Below, in pieces: positions 35,148 to 44,945 of a stretch of DNA of 64,000 nt (the first letter of the stretch is position 1; the number at the start of each line of letters is the position of its first letter). Both the position numbers and the translations under genes were made by a program. The notes under the pieces are model-generated. The model saw only the letters and a list, made by a program, of their open reading frames with translations. It was not told where the DNA came from and did no database searches. The DNA comes from Polyangiaceae bacterium. GTDB taxonomy: Bacteria > Myxococcota_A > Polyangia > Polyangiales > Polyangiaceae. Location of the stretch: NCBI GenBank assembly GCA_050287085.1, contig JBNKBE010000016.1, positions 32,001-96,000 on the forward strand, given 5' to 3'.

Positions 35148-37529
35148 TCAGTACTTGAGCGTGACGGCGAGACCCGCCTCTGCAGGCCGTGAGCGTGTGC
35201 TTTGGGACGGTCGGTAGCGCTGGTCGGTGAGGTTCTTGCCGTAGAGCTCTGAGATCAGTCGCAGACGTCCAGCCAGGTTCCACGTGTAGCCGAGCAGCGT
35301 ATTGAAGAGCGCGTAGCTCTGACGGTATTCCGCAGGAGTATCGGGCAACAAGGCTTGGTCCAACACAAGGTGAACCCCCGCCGCGAGATACATCCCGGCC
35401 AGATATCCAGTGAGAAAGTCGTAGCGACTCCACAGATTGAAGAGATGAGGGGCGCTCATCTGCAGCGGAGCGCCGTGATAGCGGAAGGCCTCTTTGTAGC
35501 CCGGAGCCGAACGGTCGCCGGCAAGAACTTGGGTGTCGTGACCGCTGAATTCGACGATGCGTGCGTTGTTGTAGCTATAGGAAAGCAGCGATTGCCAGTG
35601 ATCGAAGGGGGTTAGCACGGCGTCGAACTCGACGCCGGATGTGCGTTGCTCTCCGCTCTGCACACGGGTGAAGACCTGAGCTCCTGTGGTCGGATCGAGG
35701 TGGGCAATATCGTTTACGATATTGGAATTTCTCACGTCAAAGAGTGTGGCCGTGCCAGTGATTCGGCCTTGAAGGAGGTCGACCTTTGCTCCGATGTCTA
35801 CGCCGCTTCCGCGGGTTGGCTGTGCGGGGCCGGTCAGGACGTTGTTAACCTGCAGCGGCTCCGGCACCGGAACAAACGACTCCGCGTAGGTGGCAAATAA
35901 CGCTACGTTGGGGAGGCCGTCATACAAGAGACCGTATTGCGGCGTGAAGCGGTGGGCGTGAAGCTGGGGTGCGGCCGCTCTGGTCAGGCGATCCAAGACT
36001 TGGCTTTCCGTTCTCGTGCCGCGCACGCCAGCCAACAACAGCAGTTCCGAGTCGAAGAGGCCGAGAGTGGTTCCGGCAAAAGCCGCTCGGTCCCGCGAAC
36101 GGGTGGTGCGGGAACGCCGAAAGTCCGTAAACTCCGGCGCCGCCACCGTGGCGTCGCGGTCCCAGGTGGTTGGGTCCCGAAGGTCCCAGTTCGGGAGCGG
36201 AGAGGCAACTGGGCCGAATGCCGGATCGTTCGGGACCTGACCCGCGGAAGCGTCGAAGCGGCGCACGACATATTGCGCTCCGAGGAGCAAGCGAAGCTGG
36301 GCGAAGCCCAGGTCGTAGTGACCGGTGGCATTGAGGTCGAAGGTGTCGTCCCAAGTGGTGTACAACTGTTTGCGAATGCGCCTGCCTTGGATGAAGGGGA
36401 GTTCGCTCGAGACACCGAAGTTGCCACTGAACAACATGTCCACGGAGTACTTGCTCTGCGCGTAGCCGGCGCGGACATCCCAATGAGGCCCGGCCTTGAC
36501 GTCCAAGGTAGCCGTCAGGCTTGATGTGTCGCTGGAGCGGTAGTCGCTATTGGACATACTGTTCCAGGTATCCGGTAAGCCGGAAGCGGGCACGCCATTG
36601 CGATTGGGGTCGCTTGCTGTCGGTACGATGCCCTGTTGGGGCCCGTAGCCTGGCACTTGCATGACCTGAGGGGACTCCCTCTTGCGGTAAGTCTCCTGCT
36701 TAACAGTGAGCGTTACCGCTCGACTGGGCCTCCACAGGATGGCAGGGGCGAAGTCCACTGAGTGCGCGTCGTAGGGACGCCAGTAGTGAATGTCTTGGTC
36801 CACGGAGGAAACGAAGCGGACCATCAACGACCGCGCGATCGGTCCGGTAACGTCTCCCTCGAACCGGTAGGCTCCGTAGGAGCCGTATCGAAACATGGCG
36901 CTCGATGCGAATTGTGGCTGCGGCGTCTTGGTAATGACGTTGACGATGCCTCCGGGGGCGACCTGGCCGTATAGGAAGGAGGCAGGGCCTTTGACGATTT
37001 CGAGGCGAGAGATGTTGGTGAACTCGAAGATGGACGGGCCGTGGAAGCCGTCGCGCAGGATTTGAACGCTGCCGGGGGTAGAACCGACAGCAAAACCGCG
37101 AATCGCTAGATTGGCGTTGCCCTCGTTGAAGTCGTTGCTGTGGTAGGTGACGCTGGGGGAATAGCGAGCGATATCGTAAACGGTTACCGGCTTAACATCT
37201 TCGATGAAGGGTTGGGTGAACGCCTGAATCGGAAACGGTAGCTCTCGGATCGGGGTATCCAGTCGTGAACCCGTTACGGAGCTGAAGGCCTGGTAGCCGA
37301 CGTCACGCGAGGTCGAGACATCGAAGGGCGAAATCCGGACCTCCATCAGCTCTTCCAGACTCAGTTCCGACACCTGAGAGGTCACGTCGGTGTCAGCGAA
37401 TTCCGGAGTTGCCGCCTGCGCGATGGATAGGGCACCCATCAGCACGCAAAGGGAGACCCCGAGAGCAGTTCGTGACCCAGGCGCGTTGAGCGCGCACGGG
37501 GCCGCTATCAAGTCACGGCCGCGATACAT
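35148..37529 (-). CDS. TonB-dependent receptor
   Basis: ELSLEELM, plug motif IRGF...RLEIVKGPASFLYGQ..PGGIVNVITK, barrel strands, NLTD..Y, terminal aromatic residue. Confidence 0.92.
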   Translation of the reverse strand: MYRGRDLIAAPCALNAPGSRTALGVSLCVLMGALSIAQAATPEFADTDVTSQVSELSLEELMEVRISPFDVSTSRDVGYQAFSSVTGSRLDTPIRELPFPIQAFTQPFIEDVKPVTVYDIARYSPSVTYHSNDFNEGNANLAIRGFAVGSTPGSVQILRDGFHGPSIFEFTNISRLEIVKGPASFLYGQVAPGGIVNVITKTPQPQFASSAMFRYGSYGAYRFEGDVTGPIARSLMVRFVSSVDQDIHYWRPYDAHSVDFAPAILWRPSRAVTLTVKQETYRKRESPQVMQVPGYGPQQGIVPTASDPNRNGVPASGLPDTWNSMSNSDYRSSDTSSLTATLDVKAGPHWDVRAGYAQSKYSVDMLFSGNFGVSSELPFIQGRRIRKQLYTTWDDTFDLNATGHYDLGFAQLRLLLGAQYVVRRFDASAGQVPNDPAFGPVASPLPNWDLRDPTTWDRDATVAAPEFTDFRRSRTTRSRDRAAFAGTTLGLFDSELLLLAGVRGTRTESQVLDRLTRAAAPQLHAHRFTPQYGLLYDGLPNVALFATYAESFVPVPEPLQVNNVLTGPAQPTRGSGVDIGAKVDLLQGRITGTATLFDVRNSNIVNDIAHLDPTTGAQVFTRVQSGEQRTSGVEFDAVLTPFDHWQSLLSYSYNNARIVEFSGHDTQVLAGDRSAPGYKEAFRYHGAPLQMSAPHLFNLWSRYDFLTGYLAGMYLAAGVHLVLDQALLPDTPAEYRQSYALFNTLLGYTWNLAGRLRLISELYGKNLTDQRYRPSQSTRSRPAEAGLAVTLKY

Positions 37530-37885
37530 CTGTTACCCCCAAACGGCGCCATATTGCCAGTCGAACGGAGCTGAGGGCAAGGTGGTGAGCCCGCAGCTCT
37601 TGCGCGGGGTCCGTTGGCCGAACCGGGCCCGGGGCCATCGAGAAAGGACATCCTTTGTAAGCCCTCCGCTGGTGCTTCGACTCGTCGCGTCAAAAAGGTC
37701 CAAGCGTCGTGCAAAAACGGCGTGGAAATTCCGCGGTGGGCCACTTTCTTGGCTCGGCGGGAGGATTTTCGGGAGCGGGCGGTGGGGGCCGCGGGTAGCG
37801 TGTGTGATACTCGCGGTCTGGCTGTGTTAGTGGCTACGGACCTCGCTGCGCGGGCGGCACTCCGGCGCCCGATCTCCAATCCATC

Positions 37886-39226
37886 ATGAACAAGACTTTT
37901 CCCCGCTCGACGCGGCGCCGCACGCGCCCAATTTCCTTTGGTTTTCTTGCGCTGGCTCTAGTCGGGACCGGCTGCAACACTCCGGACGAGCCCGTTTCCA
38001 CGGCTCCAGGGTCGGGGGGCAATGGGGCTGGGCTGGCCGCTTCGGGGGGGGCAGGACCGGGGCCCGGAACCGGCGAGCCTCAGCTGGGCGTCGCGGGCGG
38101 CAGCTCCGGCGCGGCGGCGTCAGGGGGGATGAGCGGGGGAGAGGGCAATCCGCCGTCGGGCGGCAATGCCCCTTCAAATGCTGGAGCCAACGCGGGCGGG
38201 GGGCCCGATCAACCCGCCACCGAGCTTTGTGTAGATGTGGAACCGCCACCCAATGCGGAGTGGCCGGATGCAACGTGCGCCAATTGGGCAACCGAAACGG
38301 AAGAGTGTGATGCTCCTTGGTTCTCGGAGTACTGCGACGCCAGTTGTGGGCGTTGCGTGCCGGAGGGGGGCGCCATGGGTGACGATACTCCGCCGGTCCC
38401 GGAGCCCGAGCCCTGCGAGGATGTCTTACCGCCCCCGAATCCCGAGTGGCCAGGCGCGACGTGCACCGAGTGGGCCACGGAGACCGAGGAATGCAGTGCG
38501 GCCTGGTTTTCGGAATATTGCGACATCAGCTGCGGGCGCTGCGTGCCGGAGGGCGGGTTGCCTGAGGTGGCGGGCCCCCCGGACTGCTCGGGCGAAGGCT
38601 TGCCGAATGTCACGGGCGGCGAAGGTTTTGCCACGCGCTACTGGGATTGCTGTCAAACACACTGCTCCCAGTTTGGGGGCCAGCGCTGCGGTCAAGATGG
38701 GGTCAGCAGCACGGGCGACTCGAACAGCGCCTGCAACGGCGGCGGCTCCTTTGCGTGTTACAACGAAGCGCCCCACGCTGTCTCCGAATGCCTATCCTAC
38801 GGTCACATCGCGAAGGCGAGTCCTAACTGTGGTGGCTGCTACCGCATCCAATTCACTGGCCAAGGAGAACACAATCCTAACGATCCAGGCTCAAAGCTGA
38901 TCGCCGGAAAGCAGATGATCGTGAAGGTGAGCAATACGGGGGGAGACGTCGGGGGCAACCAATTTGATCTGATGATCCCTGGCGGTGGCGTCGGAATGTT
39001 CAACGCTTGCAGCCGCCAGTGGGGGTCGAATGACTTGGGGGCGCAATACGGCGGCTTCCTGACGGAGTGTTCCGGCAGTCATGACGCGAAGAAGGAATGC
39101 GTGCGAGCGCAGTGTATGAAGATCCCAGAAGGGGACGGCCGGGACGGATGTCTCTGGTTTGTGGATTGGTTCCAGGTTGCGGACAATCCGAAATTCACGT
39201 CCCAACCCACGGATTGCCCCTTCTAG
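37886..39226 (+). CDS. Lipoprotein GH45 endoglucanase with two Cys-rich N-terminal modules
   Basis: TRYWDCC and FDLMIPGGGVG GH45 catalytic motifs; two C.DV.PP...TC..WA.....C...W...YC..SCGRC modules; lipobox GTGC. Confidence 0.85.
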   Translation: MNKTFPRSTRRRTRPISFGFLALALVGTGCNTPDEPVSTAPGSGGNGAGLAASGGAGPGPGTGEPQLGVAGGSSGAAASGGMSGGEGNPPSGGNAPSNAGANAGGGPDQPATELCVDVEPPPNAEWPDATCANWATETEECDAPWFSEYCDASCGRCVPEGGAMGDDTPPVPEPEPCEDVLPPPNPEWPGATCTEWATETEECSAAWFSEYCDISCGRCVPEGGLPEVAGPPDCSGEGLPNVTGGEGFATRYWDCCQTHCSQFGGQRCGQDGVSSTGDSNSACNGGGSFACYNEAPHAVSECLSYGHIAKASPNCGGCYRIQFTGQGEHNPNDPGSKLIAGKQMIVKVSNTGGDVGGNQFDLMIPGGGVGMFNACSRQWGSNDLGAQYGGFLTECSGSHDAKKECVRAQCMKIPEGDGRDGCLWFVDWFQVADNPKFTSQPTDCPF

Positions 39227-39594
39227 CGACTCCGAGGCGATCGCAGGGCGCGTGCCGGTGCCCCACGCGTCGGCTTCAGGCGGAGCCAGCGCGAGGGGCG
39301 CGCGCCAGAACGCTTCTCGGCTCCGCCCAAGCTTGTCAATGGTGTGCTGATGTGGGGCGCCTGACGTGTTGGGTCGAGCCGGAGCTCGAACGAGGCTTGG
39401 CGATCGGCGCTGCACGGACGGGCGAAGGGGACGTGCTGCTGTGTCGGTTTGCGAAGTGATCACCTCACAAGCGGCACAACGCCGCGGACCTGCGCCAAGA
39501 GAAGTGAGAGAGGGGTGCGCTGCCATCGATCGCGCTGGCACTCTGAACGCCTTGTTCGCTTGGTGTTGGACGGCGTGGATGTCACAGTGACGGC

Positions 39595-40587
39595 ATGGTC
39601 AGATGTTTCTCCGGCTCGTGGTCAGTGGTGGTCGTATCCAGCGTAGCGTTGGCGGCGCTTGCCTGCGCTTCCGCGACGGAGCCTCGCCGTGAAGTTCCGG
39701 GGCCGACGCCGCCCACTGGGTCCGTGGCCACCGACGGTGGGACCAGCGTCGCCGTTCCGACAACCGACGAGTCCGGAGACGAGTTTGGAGACGAGCCTGT
39801 GGACGTGGCTCGTCCGCCTTCAGTGGAGGTCTCGGATGCCTCCGCTGGTGTCAGCACCGTAGAGATCTTCGAGACGCTACCCGAGGGCTTCTTGCCTGCC
39901 GACGAGACGGACCCCGAGACCAGCAAAGGGGGGCTCAAGTTGCTGGGACCCCTGGCGGAAGTGTCAGCGCCGGAGGGCGAGTGTGGCAATATTCTGCGGA
40001 TCATCGTGCGGGACTTTCAAGGCACCCATGACGACTTCGAGAACGCATCGGACTGGAACCGCTACGAGGTGCAAACCCCCATTGGCGCGACTCGCAAGCC
40101 GGTGAAGGTGAGCGACACCGGTCCCACTCATTTTGAAGAGTGGTACCAGAACGTGGAAGGGACAAACCTTCCATTTGCAGTGGATCTTTGGTTGGAGCCG
40201 GTGAACGGAGTCTACGTATTCGACTCCACAGCGTTCTTTCCGCTGCACGATGTGGGGTACAACGACACCTATCTGTTTACGACGGAGTTGCACACGAACT
40301 TCGTATACCGGGAAGGGGACGTATTCACGTTCCGGGGAGACGACGATGTCTTCGTGTTCATCAACGGCCACGAGGCGGTCAATCTGAGCGGCGTTCACAT
40401 CGCTGAGGAGGCGACCGTAAGTCTTGATGAGGTGGCAGAAGACTTCGGGCTAGAACTTGGCAACGGGTATACCTTTGACTTATTTCAGGCGGAGCGGCAG
40501 CCGTCTGGTTCGAACTTTCGCTTGGAGACGACCCTGGACTTCACGGGCTGCGCCGAAATCTTACCGACGGATGTCATCATTCAGTAG
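39595..40587 (+). CDS. Fibro-slime (PA14-like) domain lipoprotein
   Basis: VRDF..TH.DFE, FFPL, FTTELH..F.Y, FTFRGDDDVFVFING, FQAER...SNFRLET. Confidence 0.88.
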   Translation: MVRCFSGSWSVVVVSSVALAALACASATEPRREVPGPTPPTGSVATDGGTSVAVPTTDESGDEFGDEPVDVARPPSVEVSDASAGVSTVEIFETLPEGFLPADETDPETSKGGLKLLGPLAEVSAPEGECGNILRIIVRDFQGTHDDFENASDWNRYEVQTPIGATRKPVKVSDTGPTHFEEWYQNVEGTNLPFAVDLWLEPVNGVYVFDSTAFFPLHDVGYNDTYLFTTELHTNFVYREGDVFTFRGDDDVFVFINGHEAVNLSGVHIAEEATVSLDEVAEDFGLELGNGYTFDLFQAERQPSGSNFRLETTLDFTGCAEILPTDVIIQ

Positions 40588-40717
40588 GCGCGCCGCGGCT
40601 CCCCTCTTCTTTCAAGAGTAGGCTGACGGCTGCCGAGCTTCGCGTGGGGTGAAGCGAAAGCCGGGTCGCGGGTGAAATTGTTGCGGGGTTCCCCGCAAGG
40701 CCTTGCTGAGAGATGTC

Positions 40718-40748
40718 GGACAGACATATCCCTCAGATATGTCTGTCC
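40718..40748. promoter_or_regulatory. 13-bp perfect inverted repeat overlapping a probable start codon
   Basis: GGACAGACATATC-CCTCA-GATATGTCTGTCC; ATG at 40739 lies in the right arm. Confidence 0.55.
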
Positions 40749-41998
40749 TGCCCTTCGTGGTGCTTCTCTTTCTGCTAACTGTGCCCGCCCTGGCTCAGGA
40801 GGTGGCGACAGCAACACCCGCGCAGCAGACCCAGACATCGAGCTCCTCGTCGCAGTGGCGGCACCGGCGATACCGCGCGCTGCTGTCACCGGTTCGAGAG
40901 GTCGAGATGGTGGCTCTCAACGGGCTGACGCTGAACAAAGGCCTCCAGGATCTCTACGTTCAGGGTATTGGTCCCGAGCTCGGCGCCGCCAGTTCCGTGG
41001 TGGGAACGCTCTGGTCGGCGACTTTCACCTATCTCACAACTCTTTGGCCTCATGAGCTCGGTCATTGGTCTCGGGCGCCACAGGTGGGGGGGAGGTTCGT
41101 GTTTCACGACTACATGCCTTTCTTCCCGACAACGACCGTCGAGTTGTCAGATGCGGCGAGCGACGAGCAACGCGCACTCATCTCGGTGGGGGGCTTCGAG
41201 GTCAACGCGCTCATGGCCCGTCGCTTCGAGCTCGAATTTCACCAGCGTGGCTGGGCCTATTCGGACGAGTTGGTGCACGGTCTGCTCCAGGAAATGTTCT
41301 TTCCGATCTATGCGTTTCTGGTGATCCCGCGGGATCCGACGTTGGCCTCAACATGGACGCGCACCGCAGGAGATCCAGTTCATTTCGTGCTTCCGACTTG
41401 GCAACAAGCCACCGGTCGTCAGCCGCTTCGGGGGGATGGCTCGGTCGACCCCGGGTTAGTGCGTTATTATCGCGAAGCTACGCTCACGGCGCTTGTTCTG
41501 CCCTGGCTCGATCCGACGACGTGGCAAGCGCTGCTCGCCTTTTTCGACGCTCACGAGCGTGGTCATTACGCAACCCGCCGGAGCTGGGTCCTACTGGGGG
41601 ACCGCCAGTTCGGATGGACCTATGGCACGCGCTTTGTGCCGACGGTGCTTGGCTATGAGTTGCACTTGGACAACTACCTCTTCCTGGGGCAGCGGCTGGT
41701 GGTGCTCTCACCTCACGCTGGACGGCTCTCCAAGAACGTGGGCGTCGCTCTCCGTTTGCCGGAGCTGTTGCGAACGTCGGCGCAGCGCGTCGGCGTGGAT
41801 CTCGACGTCTGGTCGCAGGAGCGGTACGGTTTTGGTGCGGCTCTAACCGCCGAAGTCGAGCATGACTTTTCGAACGGCGTGAGCCTATTTGCCCGCGTCG
41901 GGGCCAAGGACGAGGGCTATCTGGTGGGACGGCGCTTGGCGACGGGCGTCATGGCCTTGGCAGGCATCGGTGGGCGCTTGGCCACGCATCAGCAGTGA
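40739..41998 (+). CDS. Exported hypothetical protein with HExxH motif and beta-rich C-terminus
   Basis: Signal peptide (ALA-QE), WPHELGH, downstream GGFE, C-terminal amphipathic strands. Confidence 0.65.
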   Translation: MSVLPFVVLLFLLTVPALAQEVATATPAQQTQTSSSSSQWRHRRYRALLSPVREVEMVALNGLTLNKGLQDLYVQGIGPELGAASSVVGTLWSATFTYLTTLWPHELGHWSRAPQVGGRFVFHDYMPFFPTTTVELSDAASDEQRALISVGGFEVNALMARRFELEFHQRGWAYSDELVHGLLQEMFFPIYAFLVIPRDPTLASTWTRTAGDPVHFVLPTWQQATGRQPLRGDGSVDPGLVRYYREATLTALVLPWLDPTTWQALLAFFDAHERGHYATRRSWVLLGDRQFGWTYGTRFVPTVLGYELHLDNYLFLGQRLVVLSPHAGRLSKNVGVALRLPELLRTSAQRVGVDLDVWSQERYGFGAALTAEVEHDFSNGVSLFARVGAKDEGYLVGRRLATGVMALAGIGGRLATHQQ

Positions 41999-42270
41999 TG
42001 CGTAGCACTTCCCCTGCCAAGTAAGGAGTCGACCGCAGAATGCGTCCCGCTCGCTCGGGGCGGGCCCTGCGTTGGCGGGCGCTTGTATGTTGCCGCACGG
42101 ATCGCGTTCGGACTCGCATTCCGGGCTGAGTACGGTCTGGCGTTTTTGAGGTCGGTTCTTAGCAAAGAGTCCGCACCGGCCGTTGTTTGCCGAGAGACGA
42201 TGTCGGGCGTTTGGGAACTTGCGGTGGCGTGCCCTCGGGTACGTCCAGGGCGCGGCGTGGAGGTGCTTCG

Positions 42271-44643
42271 GTGAGCGAGTGGATTCGCATACGCGGCGCT
42301 GTTCAAGGGGTAGGCTTTCGACCTACCGTGGCGCGCATTGCGGGGAGCCAGGGACTTGCGGGCTTTGTGCGCAATGACGCTGACGGCGTCTTGATTGGGC
42401 TCGCGTCAGATGAACTCGGTTGTTCCAATTTCCTCTCCACCCTACTGACCGAGCTTCCGAGGCTCGCTCGTATTGAGAGTATCGAGCGAGAGCCCGCGCC
42501 GGTCGAGCCCCTCGCATTCCAGATACTCGGCAGTGAAGAGGGCGTCCCGAACACCGAGGTAGTGGCTGATGCCACGGTGTGCTCCGAGTGTGTCAGCGAG
42601 GTTCTCGATCCTGCGCAACGACGATACCGCTATCCACTCACGACCTGCACCAACTGTGGTCCGCGCTTCAGCATTGCGACGGCCATTCCCTTCGATCGGG
42701 CCAATACGACGCTTGCGGGATATCCTCTCTGCGAGCGCTGTCTCGAGGAGTATGGCGATGAAGGCGATCGCCGATTTCACGCTCAGGCCCTGGCCTGCCC
42801 CAGTTGTGGTCCACAGGTCCACTTTGAGCCGAGCAGCCAGCAGGGCGGCGAGCAGATCAGCCAGCAGGGCGGCGAGCAGGGCGGCGTGCGGGTAAACGAC
42901 GAAGATCCGATCGCCGCTGCCGCAGGGCGGATATTGGCGGGGGACATCGTGGCAATCAAAGGGGTGGGCGGCTACCAACTCTGTTGCGACGCAACCAACC
43001 CAAGCGCCGTCGCCACATTGCGGCAGCGCAAGCGTCGGCCTCACAAAGCATTTGCCATCATGGTGCCGGACCTTGCCGCAGCCGAAGCGCTGGGCCTATT
43101 GAATGAGGCCGAGCGGGCCGCGTTGAGTGGCTCCGCAGGGCCGATTGTCTTGCTGACTCGTCGAGCCGCGCGCGAGAATGACGTTTCGATTGCCGAGGCG
43201 GTGGCGCCCGATCAGCCACGCTTAGGCGTGATGCTACCAACCAGCCCGCTGCACGGCTTGCTCTTGGCTGGCGTTGGGAGGCCCATCGTATGCACGAGTG
43301 GCAATCTAACGAGTGAACCTCAATGTATTGACGACGACGACGCCCGGCAGCGACTAGCACGAGTCGCAGATTGGTTTGTCACTCACGATAGGGCGATCCA
43401 CAGCCGTGTTGACGATTCGGTTGCCGTACACCTAGCTGGCAAGATTCGGCTGCTTCGGCGTGCTCGCGGGTACGCCCCCAGTCCCCTAGCGCTGCCACCG
43501 GGGCTGGAAGACGCTCCCGCGCTGGTGGCTTTCGGCGCCGACCTCAAGGCCACGTTTGCGCTTGCCGCTGCTGGGTGGGCGACGCTGTCCCCACATCTCG
43601 GAGATATCGAAGAGCTGCGCACGTACGATGCATATCGACGTGCGCTTTCTCTGGCATCGGCGCTGCGGCGGCATCGTCCGGAGCTGGTGGTTTGCGATGC
43701 GCACGTGGGTTATCAGAGTCGCGCTTTGGCTCAGCAATTCGCCCAAGCGGCGGACTTGAGACTCGTTGAGGTCATGCACCACCACGCTCATATCTGCGCC
43801 TGCTTGGTGGACAATCGTTGGCCTCTGGACGCCGGACCCGTGCTGGGCCTCGCGCTGGACGGCCTCGGCGCTGGACCGCGCGGCGAACTTTGGGGTGGGG
43901 AACTACTTCACTGCGACTATCGGCGATTCGAACGTCTTGGATCGCTTGGGTCCGCGCCACTATTGGGAGGAGACGCCGCATCTCGCATGCCGTGGCGCTC
44001 GCTCTATGCACACCTTCGGTCTGCCGTGACGTGGGAAGAGCTTGAAACACAACATGCAAACCTCGAGGTTGTTGGCTGCCTGCGCTCGAAGCGCACTCCA
44101 CTGATGGAGCAGGTGTTGGACGATCCGGCGCTATCCCCCAGAGCGAGCTCTTCAGGTCGCTTCTTCGACGCCGTCGCGGCAGCTCTCGGTCTAGCCCGCG
44201 AAGCTGCTGAATACGAGGGGCAAGCCGCGATGCTATTGGAGGCTCTGGTTCCACCAACGCTCGAGGTTGAGTGCCTATCCGATTCGTACCCATTGCCCTG
44301 CCGGACCGATGCTGATGGCGTATGGAAGCTCGGAACTGGGGCTATCTGGCGACCGCTACTTCGAGACCTGGGAGCGGGGCTTCCGAGAGCTACGATCGCC
44401 GCGCGCGTCTTCGGAGGGGTGATTGGAGGGCTGGTTCAGCTCCTACGCTACGGACGAGAAAGAACGGGTCTAGCTACAGTCGTCCTGAGCGGTGGGTGCT
44501 TTCAGAACCGGGTGCTGCTCGAGGGGCTCACCCGCGCATTGCGAAGCGACGGGTTCGAACTGTTGTTGCACGAGCGCGTGCCGCCACACGACGGATGCAT
44601 TTCGCTTGGACAGGCCGCGATCGCCGCGGCCAGAGAGAGGTAG
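42271..44643 (+). CDS. hypF: Hydrogenase maturation carbamoyltransferase HypF
   Basis: RGAVQGVGFRP acylphosphatase domain, zinc fingers CTNCGPR and FHAQALACPSCGP, KGVGGY, HHHAH, GGCFQN; GGAGG RBS before GTG 42271. Confidence 0.96.
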   Translation: MSEWIRIRGAVQGVGFRPTVARIAGSQGLAGFVRNDADGVLIGLASDELGCSNFLSTLLTELPRLARIESIEREPAPVEPLAFQILGSEEGVPNTEVVADATVCSECVSEVLDPAQRRYRYPLTTCTNCGPRFSIATAIPFDRANTTLAGYPLCERCLEEYGDEGDRRFHAQALACPSCGPQVHFEPSSQQGGEQISQQGGEQGGVRVNDEDPIAAAAGRILAGDIVAIKGVGGYQLCCDATNPSAVATLRQRKRRPHKAFAIMVPDLAAAEALGLLNEAERAALSGSAGPIVLLTRRAARENDVSIAEAVAPDQPRLGVMLPTSPLHGLLLAGVGRPIVCTSGNLTSEPQCIDDDDARQRLARVADWFVTHDRAIHSRVDDSVAVHLAGKIRLLRRARGYAPSPLALPPGLEDAPALVAFGADLKATFALAAAGWATLSPHLGDIEELRTYDAYRRALSLASALRRHRPELVVCDAHVGYQSRALAQQFAQAADLRLVEVMHHHAHICACLVDNRWPLDAGPVLGLALDGLGAGPRGELWGGELLHCDYRRFERLGSLGSAPLLGGDAASRMPWRSLYAHLRSAVTWEELETQHANLEVVGCLRSKRTPLMEQVLDDPALSPRASSSGRFFDAVAAALGLAREAAEYEGQAAMLLEALVPPTLEVECLSDSYPLPCRTDADGVWKLGTGAIWRPLLRDLGAGLPRATIAARVFGGVIGGLVQLLRYGRERTGLATVVLSGGCFQNRVLLEGLTRALRSDGFELLLHERVPPHDGCISLGQAAIAAARER

Positions 44644-44648
44644 ATGAA

Positions 44649-44945
44649 ATGTGCTTAGGCGTTCCGGGACAGATCGTTGCAATTGAGGATGCTGAACGGC
44701 GCATCGGTGTGGTCGATGTCGCTGGAACTCGCCGCACGGCGAACCTGGCGTGCGTCATCGACGAAGGACCGATCGAGGCGTGTATAGGTCAGTGGGTGCT
44801 TTTGCACGTAGGCTTCGCGATGAGTCGCATTGATGCGGAAGAAGCGCGGCGTACCATGGCGCTTCTTGTCGAGCTGGGCGAAGCCGAACAAGAGATAGCT
44901 GAAGGGCGCACCTCCGCTCAGCAGAAGGAGGTGCGCCGTGTCTGA
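44649..44945 (+). CDS. hypC: Hydrogenase chaperone HypC
   Basis: MCLGVPGQIV...WVLLHVGFAMSRID.EEA. Confidence 0.95.
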   Translation: MCLGVPGQIVAIEDAERRIGVVDVAGTRRTANLACVIDEGPIEACIGQWVLLHVGFAMSRIDAEEARRTMALLVELGEAEQEIAEGRTSAQQKEVRRV

